The position numbers and the translations under genes were made by a program. The notes below the pieces were generated by a model, which was not told where the DNA came from, ran no database searches, and saw only the letters and a list, made by a program, of their open reading frames with translations. Below, in pieces: positions 26,092 through 33,811 of a stretch of 34,785 nt of DNA. Source of the stretch: Gammaproteobacteria bacterium. GTDB lineage: Bacteria > Pseudomonadota > Gammaproteobacteria > Pseudomonadales > Azotimanducaceae. The stretch's first letter is position 1. Every line of letters starts with the position of its first letter. The DNA is taken from assembly GCA_009839405.1 (NCBI GenBank), contig VXPR01000550.1, positions 1 through 34,785 on the forward strand, read 5' to 3'.

Positions 26092-28274
26092 GCTCGGATC
26101 TCCAGTTCGCCGCCCGTCACTTTGCCAACGGCGGAGGCATCCCCATAGCCGGCTTCGCAGAGCGCAGTCAAGCAGGCGGCGACCCGCTCGGCGGGCAGCG
26201 ATGCGAGCAATCCGCCGGCGGTCTGGGGGTCGGCAAGCAGCCGAACCGACGGGGCATTGGGAGCGCTGCCGTAGATGGCGAAGTCCGTGAGCGCGAGTTC
26301 GTTGCTCGGCTGCAGGGAGCTGGCGATGCCCGCTTCGAGCGAGTCGAGGGCGCCATCGAGCGCAGGCAGACTGGCGAGTTCAATGCACGCGCCGCTGGCG
26401 GACGCTCGCGTCATCTCCGTCAGGTGGCCAGCAAAGCCGAAGCCGGTGATGTCCGTGCAGGCAGTGGCGCCGTGGCGCAGCAGTATCTCGGCCGCCTGCG
26501 CATTGGACACATCCATCTGATCGACCGCCGCGAGCAAGTGCCGCGCCTTGGTCTTGCCGCGCATGGCACCCGCCAGGAGCGTTCCGGTGCCAAGCGGCTT
26601 GGTCAGCACCAATCGTTGGCCTGCCTCCAAGCCGCCCTTCTCCAGCGCCTGCCCACCCAAGTAGCCGTTCACGGCAAAGCCGAGGCCGAGCTCCGCACCC
26701 TCCGCCGAGTGCCCGCCGACGAGATCGACCCCGTGCTCGGTGAACACGGCCAACGCACCCGCCATAAGTTGGTAAAGGTCTTCCTCCATCATCGCATCGG
26801 CCATCACCGGCACCGTCACAAGCGCGAGGGCAAAGGCTGGCGTTGCCGCCATGGCGAACAGGTCATTCAAGGCGTGGTGGGCGCTGATGCGACCGAAGCG
26901 GTAGGGGTCGTCGATCATGGCGCGGAAGGCGTCGCAGCTAGCCGCCAGCCTTGGCGCGCCCCCGGCGGTAGCGCCCGGCAGACGGATGATCGCGGCATCG
27001 TCGCCGATCCCCCGTTCGGTGGCCGCGGACACTGGCACGGCCAGTCGCCGCTGCACGCGCTCCAGGATGTCGGCACCGAGCTTGGCACCGCAGCCACCGC
27101 AACGCATCTCGTCCGGCGCATCCGCCTGCAAGGCGACAGGAAGCGTCGGCAGATCGACGGCCATCTCGGGCAGGTCATCGAAGCGGTGCATGAAGCGGCG
27201 GTCGATCCACTGCTTGGCGCGCCACACCCCCGCGCCGCTGACGCTGCGCTTGCCTCGAACCGCCAACGCCCGGCCTCCCCCGAGCCCGACGATCGCCAGT
27301 GCATGGCGCTGGGCGCGATAGCGACGCAAACGCCGCCCGGTGGCCCGGCGGCGCAGGTTTTCCGCCAGCACCGGGCCTTCGCGCACCGCATACACCCCCG
27401 ATTTGGGCCGCGGTTGCCCGTCGAGACTGGCGACATCGCCAGCAGCGAACACATCCGGATGCGAGACCGATTGCAAATGCTGGTTGACCCGCACGAATCC
27501 CGACTCGTCGCAGGCAAGGCCCGCTACGGCCGGCCATGACGGCGCGTCCACCCCGGTCACCCACAGAACGTGATCGACGGCAAGCTCGCGACCGTCCTCG
27601 GCGCGCACGACTCCAGCGTCGGCTGCCACAGCGCGAAAGCCCACCTCGACCTCAGCCCCGGCTCTCGCCAAGCTCGCCGCCAACGTTCGACGTGCCCGGC
27701 GTGGGTGGTTCGGCAGCAAGTCCTGCTCGTCTGTGAGCAGCGCGAGCTCGATGGTTGGGTGTTGGCCGGCAATCGCCAGCGCAAGTTCCACGGCACCCGC
27801 TCCGCCGCCCACCAAGGCGATGCGCCCCGGCTCGGCGGCGAGCAATCTCCGCCAACGGGGCAGAAAAGAGCCGATGGGCTTCACGGGCGTGACGAACTCG
27901 GACGCTATGCCTTCCCCCGGCACGCCGCCTGTGTTCAGCGATGCCACGTCGTAGCGAATCGAGGGACGCCCCCGGAAGAGCAAGCGCTGCTCCTCGAGGT
28001 CAATGCCGGTCACCTCCGCAGCCACGAAACGAGCGCCGCCGAACGCCGACAGGCGTGCAAGGTCGATGTGGATGTCATCGAAGTCGTAGATGCCGGCAAC
28101 ATGGCCCGGCAGCATCCCCGAATAGGGCGTGTGCGGTTCACGGGCAACAATGGTCAGGCGCAACCCCGGCGGCGGTTTCATGCCGAACGACTTCACCACC
28201 TGCACGTGGGCATGACCGCCCCCGACCAGCACGATGTCGCGCAGCGGCGGGGCGAAGGCGGCAGCGCGACGCAC
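26088..28274 (-). CDS. selD: Bifunctional FAD-dependent pyridine nucleotide-disulfide oxidoreductase / selenide, water dikinase
   Basis: The N-terminal half has two Rossmann motifs (IVLVGGGHAH, IALVGGGAGAVELA) and ends in AAGDVAS. The C-terminal half aligns by eye with E. coli SelD: CGGCGAKLG (Cys and Lys of GCGCK conserved), GDDAAI, FGRISAHHALNDLFAMAA, GGHS, LTKPLGTG, TDITGFG, DPQTAGGLL. I chose the GTG at 28274. The ATG at 28490 would overlap the upstream gene by 165 nt and adds an Arg-rich leader. Confidence 0.85.
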   Translation of the reverse strand: MRRAAAFAPPLRDIVLVGGGHAHVQVVKSFGMKPPPGLRLTIVAREPHTPYSGMLPGHVAGIYDFDDIHIDLARLSAFGGARFVAAEVTGIDLEEQRLLFRGRPSIRYDVASLNTGGVPGEGIASEFVTPVKPIGSFLPRWRRLLAAEPGRIALVGGGAGAVELALAIAGQHPTIELALLTDEQDLLPNHPRRARRTLAASLARAGAEVEVGFRAVAADAGVVRAEDGRELAVDHVLWVTGVDAPSWPAVAGLACDESGFVRVNQHLQSVSHPDVFAAGDVASLDGQPRPKSGVYAVREGPVLAENLRRRATGRRLRRYRAQRHALAIVGLGGGRALAVRGKRSVSGAGVWRAKQWIDRRFMHRFDDLPEMAVDLPTLPVALQADAPDEMRCGGCGAKLGADILERVQRRLAVPVSAATERGIGDDAAIIRLPGATAGGAPRLAASCDAFRAMIDDPYRFGRISAHHALNDLFAMAATPAFALALVTVPVMADAMMEEDLYQLMAGALAVFTEHGVDLVGGHSAEGAELGLGFAVNGYLGGQALEKGGLEAGQRLVLTKPLGTGTLLAGAMRGKTKARHLLAAVDQMDVSNAQAAEILLRHGATACTDITGFGFAGHLTEMTRASASGACIELASLPALDGALDSLEAGIASSLQPSNELALTDFAIYGSAPNAPSVRLLADPQTAGGLLASLPAERVAACLTALCEAGYGDASAVGKVTGGELEIRA

Positions 28275-28324
28275 GGCTAAATGCCTACTTGCCGGCCGCG
28301 CGGTTGCCCCGACTGGACGCCGTC

Positions 28325-30286
28325 CTAGTCGCCGCCGACCGCAGCCACGTCGTTGCCGTCCGCAGCTTGCCTGCGAGCCTGTCGCGCGGCGTGCAGTTCC
28401 GGCGCCGTCAGGGCGCGGTCGCCATTGGCGTCGCCGTGCTCGAAGTCCTTCGCCATGCGCCGCTTCAAGGGCGCCGGCAGCTCGTCCCATTCGGCGCGGC
28501 CATCCATGTCTCGGTCCAGATAGCCGATGGTCTGGTAGGCGTCGATGAGGCGGCCGTCGTGGATGGGACGATCGGTGGTCTCACCCACCCACACGAACGA
28601 AAACGCGCCATAGAGCATCTCGTCCCAGGATTGCAGCCCCCAGCGCACCAGCTTCGACGGGTCCGGATTGCCGAGGTTCTGCGCCGAATTGTCATACACC
28701 GTCGTGTGCACCAGGCGCGAACCGGCGGGCACCGGTTTCGGCTCTACGAAGGCGTAGCCACGCTGCCAGTTGAAGTCGTAGCTCGGCACATTCAGCAGCA
28801 GTTCCTCGCGCCCGTCTGGGTAGACAAGGCTGAACGTCGAACTGTGGCCGCGATAGTGCGAGTGGGGCAGCACGTCGTAGAGCAGCGCATCGGCCGGAAA
28901 CTCCTGATAGGCATGCTGCTCGTGCCGCTTGGCGTTTGGCGGAATGGCGATGGTGGGATTCATCACCACGCCTTGGCGGAAGAAGGTGTCCGGCTGTTCG
29001 TCGTGCAGATAGAAGCCGATGCGAGTCACATCGGTCACCGCCTTGCCATACGGCGTGTAGTGCAACTGGGCAACGAAGCGGTCGTCCTTGGGCAGGAGCA
29101 TTCCCGTGCCTTCCGGCAATTCAACAGGACGAACGCCGGGTGCATAGCCCCCGAGGTAATCGTCAAACACATTGCGACTCCGGTCGGAGGCGCCGTCGAT
29201 CAGGCCCACCAGAACGTGGTGAACCACCTCTGTGCTGCCGGGTAGTACATCCATCGCCCGCACCCACACGTCATGGTCCAAGGGATTCGGCACCGTGGGG
29301 AACTGGTAGTCGACAACACCGCTGGCGGGGACCTCGTAGGGGGGCAGTTCGACCACGAGGTCAGGCTCGCCGAGCGGCCACTCCGAAGCCGGTGCAACGG
29401 CGATGCCGGGCAGCGGATCCTCGCCCTCGCCCCGAGGAGCACCGGCTTCGATCCAGTGCACCAGCGTGGTTCGCTCCTCGATCGAAATGCTGGCATCGTC
29501 CAGCCACTCGCCCACATGCGGGTCCGCGTGCCAAGGCGGCATCCTCTTCGTGCGCAGCACCTCCCGCATCATCGGCGCGAACCCTCGCACCATCTCGTAG
29601 CTGGTCATTGCCCACGGGCCGATGCCCTCTGGGCGATGGCAACCCACGCAGTTCTGCTCAAGGATGGGGACGATGGTGTCAACGTAGGAGATCTGTTCGT
29701 GCGCCGGATTGTCCCGTTCGGGGAAGTTGATGAGGCAGCCGACGGTGTCTTGCTGTGCCACTTGCGGCTGCGTACCGGCCAGCAACGCATCAATGGCATC
29801 CGCCAGATAGTGCTCCTTCGCTTCCGCAAGCTGGCGCTCGTAGCTGAGGCGGTCGCTGATCGGGCCGCGATAGGTGAGTTCCCAGCCATCTGGGTCGATC
29901 ACCAGCGCTTCAGCGGTGCGGGTGAGGCCCAAACCCTCCCCGACGAGCTGCGTTTCGTCGATGAGGATGGGCAGGTCGATGCCCCACTCCTCGGCTTCGG
30001 CGCGCACCGACTCGCGGGTGTCCTGCAGATTGGAGTTGACCATCAGGAACACGACGCCCTCGCCGGCATAGCGTTGGCGCACCTCCTTGAGGTCCGGCAA
30101 GGCGTTCCGCACCACCGGACAGCCGTTGCCCTGCACGACGAGAACCACCGCCGCTGCATCCGAGTGGTAATGCAACTCGTGCGCCTCGCCGTGGTGGTCG
30201 AGCAGCATGAAATTGTCCACGGAACCGCCCCAGGCGGAGCCGCTCAAAACGAGGACGAAGACGAACCCAAGACGACACGGGCGCAT
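28325..30286 (-). CDS. Secreted multidomain redox protein: redoxin-like / CxxCH heme-c motif / PHM-DBH-like copper monooxygenase fold / EF-hand pair
   Basis: Start at MRPCRLGFVFVLVLSGSAWG (signal peptide). The redoxin-like N-domain has a single Cys (GNGCPVV). CVGCH lies in ILEQNCVGCHRPEGIGPW...MPPW. Candidate copper ligands are spaced as in peptidylglycine monooxygenase: VVHHVLV, AQLHYTPYG, LPHSHYRGH, WDEMLYG. The C-terminus has DRDMDGRAEWDE and DANGDRALTAPE EF-hand loops. Confidence 0.7.
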   Translation of the reverse strand: MRPCRLGFVFVLVLSGSAWGGSVDNFMLLDHHGEAHELHYHSDAAAVVLVVQGNGCPVVRNALPDLKEVRQRYAGEGVVFLMVNSNLQDTRESVRAEAEEWGIDLPILIDETQLVGEGLGLTRTAEALVIDPDGWELTYRGPISDRLSYERQLAEAKEHYLADAIDALLAGTQPQVAQQDTVGCLINFPERDNPAHEQISYVDTIVPILEQNCVGCHRPEGIGPWAMTSYEMVRGFAPMMREVLRTKRMPPWHADPHVGEWLDDASISIEERTTLVHWIEAGAPRGEGEDPLPGIAVAPASEWPLGEPDLVVELPPYEVPASGVVDYQFPTVPNPLDHDVWVRAMDVLPGSTEVVHHVLVGLIDGASDRSRNVFDDYLGGYAPGVRPVELPEGTGMLLPKDDRFVAQLHYTPYGKAVTDVTRIGFYLHDEQPDTFFRQGVVMNPTIAIPPNAKRHEQHAYQEFPADALLYDVLPHSHYRGHSSTFSLVYPDGREELLLNVPSYDFNWQRGYAFVEPKPVPAGSRLVHTTVYDNSAQNLGNPDPSKLVRWGLQSWDEMLYGAFSFVWVGETTDRPIHDGRLIDAYQTIGYLDRDMDGRAEWDELPAPLKRRMAKDFEHGDANGDRALTAPELHAARQARRQAADGNDVAAVGGD

Positions 30287-30370
30287 GGCCGCGGCTCCAA
30301 GCTTGTATGGCGGCGAGTATAAGGCGACGGGCTTGTCGGGACCGCGAGGCCGAGACCTCACGAGGTAGTT

Positions 30371-31552
30371 TCAGGCGCTGGCCAGGCGTCGCCCTGGGCG
30401 CACGGCCGCGAGGGTTGCGAGGGCCACGGCGATCGGCAGGGCCGCGGCCAGCAGCACGCCGTTCCAGCCGGCAAAGTGCATCACCGCGCCGGCGCCCAAC
30501 GACCCGCAGGCGGAGACTCCGAACACGCTGAATTCATTTACTGCCTGGGTGCGGAAGCGTTCCGACGGGCGGTGCGAATGACCGAGCAGCGCCGTGCCTC
30601 CGATGTACAGGAAGTTCCAGCCGACGCCGAGGGCGATCATGGCCGCCCCGTAGTGCATGACCTCGCGGCCGAGGAACCCGGCGACCAACGTGAGCGCGAG
30701 CACCAAGGCGCCGATCGTCATGATGCGCCCTATGCCGAGCCGACCAATGAGGTAGCCAGTAACCAGCGAGGGCAGGTACATGGCCAGGACATGCGCCTGT
30801 ATCACCGCGGCCGTGGCAGTCATCGAGTGCCCGTCCACCACATGCATGCTGAGCGGGGCAGCGGTCATCACGAACGTCATCACGCCGAATCCGGCAACGC
30901 CGCCGAGCACGGCGACAAGAAACAGTGGCTGGCGCACCACCACCGCAAGTGGGCGCGGAGCCTGGGCCGCTGCGTCATCGGCCACGTCACGCGAGGAGAG
31001 GCGACGCAATACCCCAGCCACCACGACATAGCTCGCCGCGACCACAAGGAACGCGCCGCCGAAGGGAATGCCTTCAATCCAGTGTTCGCCCTGCGCCGCC
31101 AGTGCCGGCCCAACGATGGCGCCGCCGAGGGACCCCACCAACACCAAGGAAATGGCCTGACTCTCCCGCCCTTCCGGCGCGTTTTCCATCGCCGCGAAGC
31201 GATACTGCAGCGCAAACGCATTCGCCGCGCCCACGAGTGCCACCGCCACGCAGAACAGGCCAAAGCTCGCGAGTCCCGTCGCCGCCATCGCCAGCAGATA
31301 GCCAAGGCAACCGATCAGCGCACCCACCGCGAACCCCCGCGGTCGCCCAATGCGCGACATCAACCAGGCGGCGCCGACGGTGGTGGCCGCTGTGCCGACG
31401 ATGTGCACCGACAGCGGCAAGGTCGCCAGCGCCGGTGTCGGCGCGAGCCGCTGGCCGACGATCCCGCCCAGCGTCACCATCGCCACGGTGCCACTCACGC
31501 CGACAAGCTGGGCGCCCATGAGCATGGCGAGGTTGCGGTTGAGCAGGCTCAT
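30371..31552 (-). CDS. MFS transporter
   Basis: 393 aa, about 12 hydrophobic segments, with an MFS-type loop motif (MSRIGRPRG) between TM2 and TM3. Confidence 0.85.
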   Translation of the reverse strand: MSLLNRNLAMLMGAQLVGVSGTVAMVTLGGIVGQRLAPTPALATLPLSVHIVGTAATTVGAAWLMSRIGRPRGFAVGALIGCLGYLLAMAATGLASFGLFCVAVALVGAANAFALQYRFAAMENAPEGRESQAISLVLVGSLGGAIVGPALAAQGEHWIEGIPFGGAFLVVAASYVVVAGVLRRLSSRDVADDAAAQAPRPLAVVVRQPLFLVAVLGGVAGFGVMTFVMTAAPLSMHVVDGHSMTATAAVIQAHVLAMYLPSLVTGYLIGRLGIGRIMTIGALVLALTLVAGFLGREVMHYGAAMIALGVGWNFLYIGGTALLGHSHRPSERFRTQAVNEFSVFGVSACGSLGAGAVMHFAGWNGVLLAAALPIAVALATLAAVRPGRRLASA

Positions 31553-31622
31553 GGCGCGGGCCGTCCGCCAGAGGGCCGAGGCGCGGGTCGCGACGCAACC
31601 TTGCGGACGTTCACGGGCAAGC

Positions 31623-33064
31623 TCACGGTGCCGGCGCGACCTTCGGTCGCGTTGGAGTTTCGCTTACCGCGAAACTCCTGCGGCGCAAGCTCCTGTCGCG
31701 CTCTGCAAGTGCGTCGGCAGGCGAAGCAACCAATGGTTCCGCGCGCAGCCGGTCGAGGTTGACGCCGCCACTCGATACCTCGGCGGCTCTGCCCGGCGCA
31801 TCCCCAATATCGCAGGCGCGTTGCACGACGCCGGCGCCAAAGCGATCGATCAGCCCGTCGATAGTCGTCTCCAGCCGCCGCGCGGCACCGTCCTCGAAGA
31901 GGTCCAGTTGTCGAGGATAGCGCCTCCATTCGAGGTCATAGGCCGCAAGGCCCACCAGACGGAACGGCCCCGGGTGGTCGAACTCGTCGAGCAGGCCTCT
32001 CGCGGCAGCGAAATACTCCGCGGAGGTATCGCCCGGTCGGCGCAGGCGGCATTGTCGGGTAAGGAGTTCAAAGCGGTTGGTCTTCAGACGCACGCGAATC
32101 CCTCGCGAGACGTGGTTCTTCGCCCGAACTCGCCGTGCGACCCGGTCTGCAGCGCGACGCAGGTGCACCTCGATGTCGTGCCGCGCAGACACGTCATGGC
32201 TGAGAGTGCGGTCAGAACCGACGCTGGCGGCGCGGCGGCGGTGGTCGACTCGCCGAGGGTCGCGGGCATGTGCAAGTTCATGGAAATGCGCGCCAGCGGA
32301 GCCAAGCTGATGCACAAGCAATGCCGGATCAGCGCCGGCAATGTCGCCAATGGTGTGATAGCCCAAGGCCTCAAGCCGCGGCACGGTCTTGCGCCCCGCA
32401 CCCCACAGACGAGATACGGGCAGCGGCGCGAGCCAGCGCCGCGGCCCCCGGGGGGGCCCCCCCCACCCGCCCCCCCGCCCGCCGCCCGCCCCCGCCCCCC
32501 CCCCCACCCACCCCACCCGCCCCCGGCCGCGCCCCCGCGCCGCGCCGCCTGTGGCGGCACCACCAACAGGCCATCCGGCTTGCCGCAGGCGCTCGCAACC
32601 TTGGCGACGTATTTGGTCGCGGATACGCCCACCGACACGGCAAGGCCCGTTGCCTCGCGAACCGCTTCCTTGATGCGCCTCGCCATGGCCTGCGGGGGGC
32701 CAAACAACCGCTCGGCACCAGACATGTCGAGAAACGCCTCGTCAAGCGAAATCGGCTCCACCACGGGCGAGAAGTCGGCGAACACGTCCATGACCTGCCG
32801 GGAAATCTCCTCGTAGCGCTCGAACCGAGGCGCCACCATCACGGCGTGAGGGCAACGCCGCCGCGCAAGGGCCACCGGCATGGCGCTGCCCACTCCATAG
32901 GGCCGCGCCTCGTAACTCGCCGTGAGCACCACGCCCCGCCAACTCCGAGGCCCCACGAGCACCGGGCGCCCCCGCAAGGAAGGGTCGTCGAGCTGCTCCA
33001 CCGCGGCGTAGAACGCATCCATGTCGGCGTGCGCCACCACGCGCGGCCACGTCGGCGTCTTCAT
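31623..33064 (-). pseudogene. dinB: DNA polymerase IV, interrupted by a 101-nt low-complexity insertion (frame disrupted)
   Basis: The N-terminal part (33064 down to 32537) reads MKTPTWPRVVAHADMDAFYAAVEQ...SLDEAFLD...KPDGLLVVPPQAARR. The C-terminal part (32435 down to 31623, other frame) reads WLAPLPVSRLWGAGRKT...QLDLFED. Deleting 32436-32536 joins them in frame at the junction expected for Pol IV. Confidence 0.8.
32436..32544. repeat. C/G low-complexity tract flanked by 8-bp direct repeats GCGCCGCG
   Basis: Direct repeats sit at 32436-32443 and 32537-32544. The 93 nt between them contain no T and only 4 A. Homopolymer runs on the plus strand reach C11, with C8, C7 and G7 also present. On the minus strand (the dinB coding strand) the tract is G-rich with many G3+ runs. 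Confidence 0.9.
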
Positions 33065-33081
33065 GCTTGGAGCATACTCAA

Positions 33082-33101
33082 TACTGTGCAGAATTACACT
33101 A
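33082..33101 (-). promoter_or_regulatory. Candidate LexA (SOS) box upstream of dinB
   Basis: The minus strand reads TAGTGTAATTCTGCACAGTA, against the gammaproteobacterial consensus TACTGT-N8-ACAGTA. There is one mismatch in the left CTGT half-site. It lies 17 nt upstream of the dinB ATG. Confidence 0.5.
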
Positions 33102-33102
33102 T

Positions 33103-33729
33103 TTAGCGCACCCCACAGAGCGCAAGGAAGCGCTCCTTCTGCTCCGCCGTCATGGCCGAGAAGATCGGCACGCCAAGCTCCGTGGTGGGCAGGTCTCGGA
33201 ACTCCGGCGACGGTTTTTGCATCCGCGCCGCGATGTTGTGCAGTCCGCCTCCTTCCTCGGAACCGCGGCTCAAGGCCGCCGCAATCTCCGGCGGCCAAAC
33301 GCGTGGTGGGCCGCCGCCGAGGCCCAGGGGATTGGCTCGCCCGACATGCTCCTCCATCTCGCGGTACATGACCTGCTCCTCCGCCGAACGCTGGCGCTGC
33401 CCGACGCGGCCGTACTGCGAAGCCGACTGGTTGCAGATGGCCGCCCACGGCAGCCGCACATGAAAGCCCGGCAATGCGCGGCACGAGTCCGGAGCGCCGT
33501 CGCCGCCACGCACCTCGCCGTCCTTCACCATGAAGTGATACGCGGACAACTCGCGCCCCGCCGGCAACAGCCGCTCCGGCGGCGAGGTGTATATCTCGCT
33601 GAACCCCCACGCCATGTCCGCGGGCAGCTCCGCTTCGCGCAACATTCGCGCCCCGGCTTCCGCACACGCCATACACCACGCCAGCGACCCAAACTCGCCG
33701 ACCTGCTCGGATTTCGTCCCATCCACCAT
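33103..33729 (-). CDS. Hypothetical protein
   Basis: 208 aa from the ATG at 33729 (MVDGTKSEQ). Strong G/C third-position bias supports coding. No family recognised. The upstream part of the 294-aa track ORF overlaps the divergent thiolase-like gene. Confidence 0.55.
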   Translation of the reverse strand: MVDGTKSEQVGEFGSLAWCMACAEAGARMLREAELPADMAWGFSEIYTSPPERLLPAGRELSAYHFMVKDGEVRGGDGAPDSCRALPGFHVRLPWAAICNQSASQYGRVGQRQRSAEEQVMYREMEEHVGRANPLGLGGGPPRVWPPEIAAALSRGSEEGGGLHNIAARMQKPSPEFRDLPTTELGVPIFSAMTAEQKERFLALCGVR

Positions 33730-33811
33730 TCCCTGTTCCCCGTGCCTTGGTCGCACCACTGTAATCAAACCGCCGTGGTATGGTCGCCGCGTTTTTTGGG
33801 GAGGGCCGCAA

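Noticed and set aside
26088-28490. ATG at 28490 as the start of the SelD fusion (800 aa).
   Set aside because: It would overlap the upstream redoxin-family gene by 165 nt and add about 70 Arg-rich residues before the first Rossmann motif. The GTG at 28274, about 14 codons before IVLVGGGHAH, fits the 50-nt intergenic gap better.
28325-30286. Possible selenocysteine (in-frame TGA) recoding in the redoxin-like, DsbA-like or neighbouring redox genes, given the adjacent selD.
   Set aside because: All three ORFs are continuous without internal TGA. The redoxin active site encodes Cys (TGC) followed by Pro-Val-Val. No SECIS-like hairpin was evident next to a TGA.
32444-32536. C/G-rich repetitive tract considered as a CRISPR array or a coding Gly/Pro-rich linker.
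   Set aside because: There is no repeat-spacer periodicity. As coding sequence it would insert a poly-Gly/Arg/Trp stretch into the conserved Pol IV junction and also shift the frame, so it is not a functional linker.
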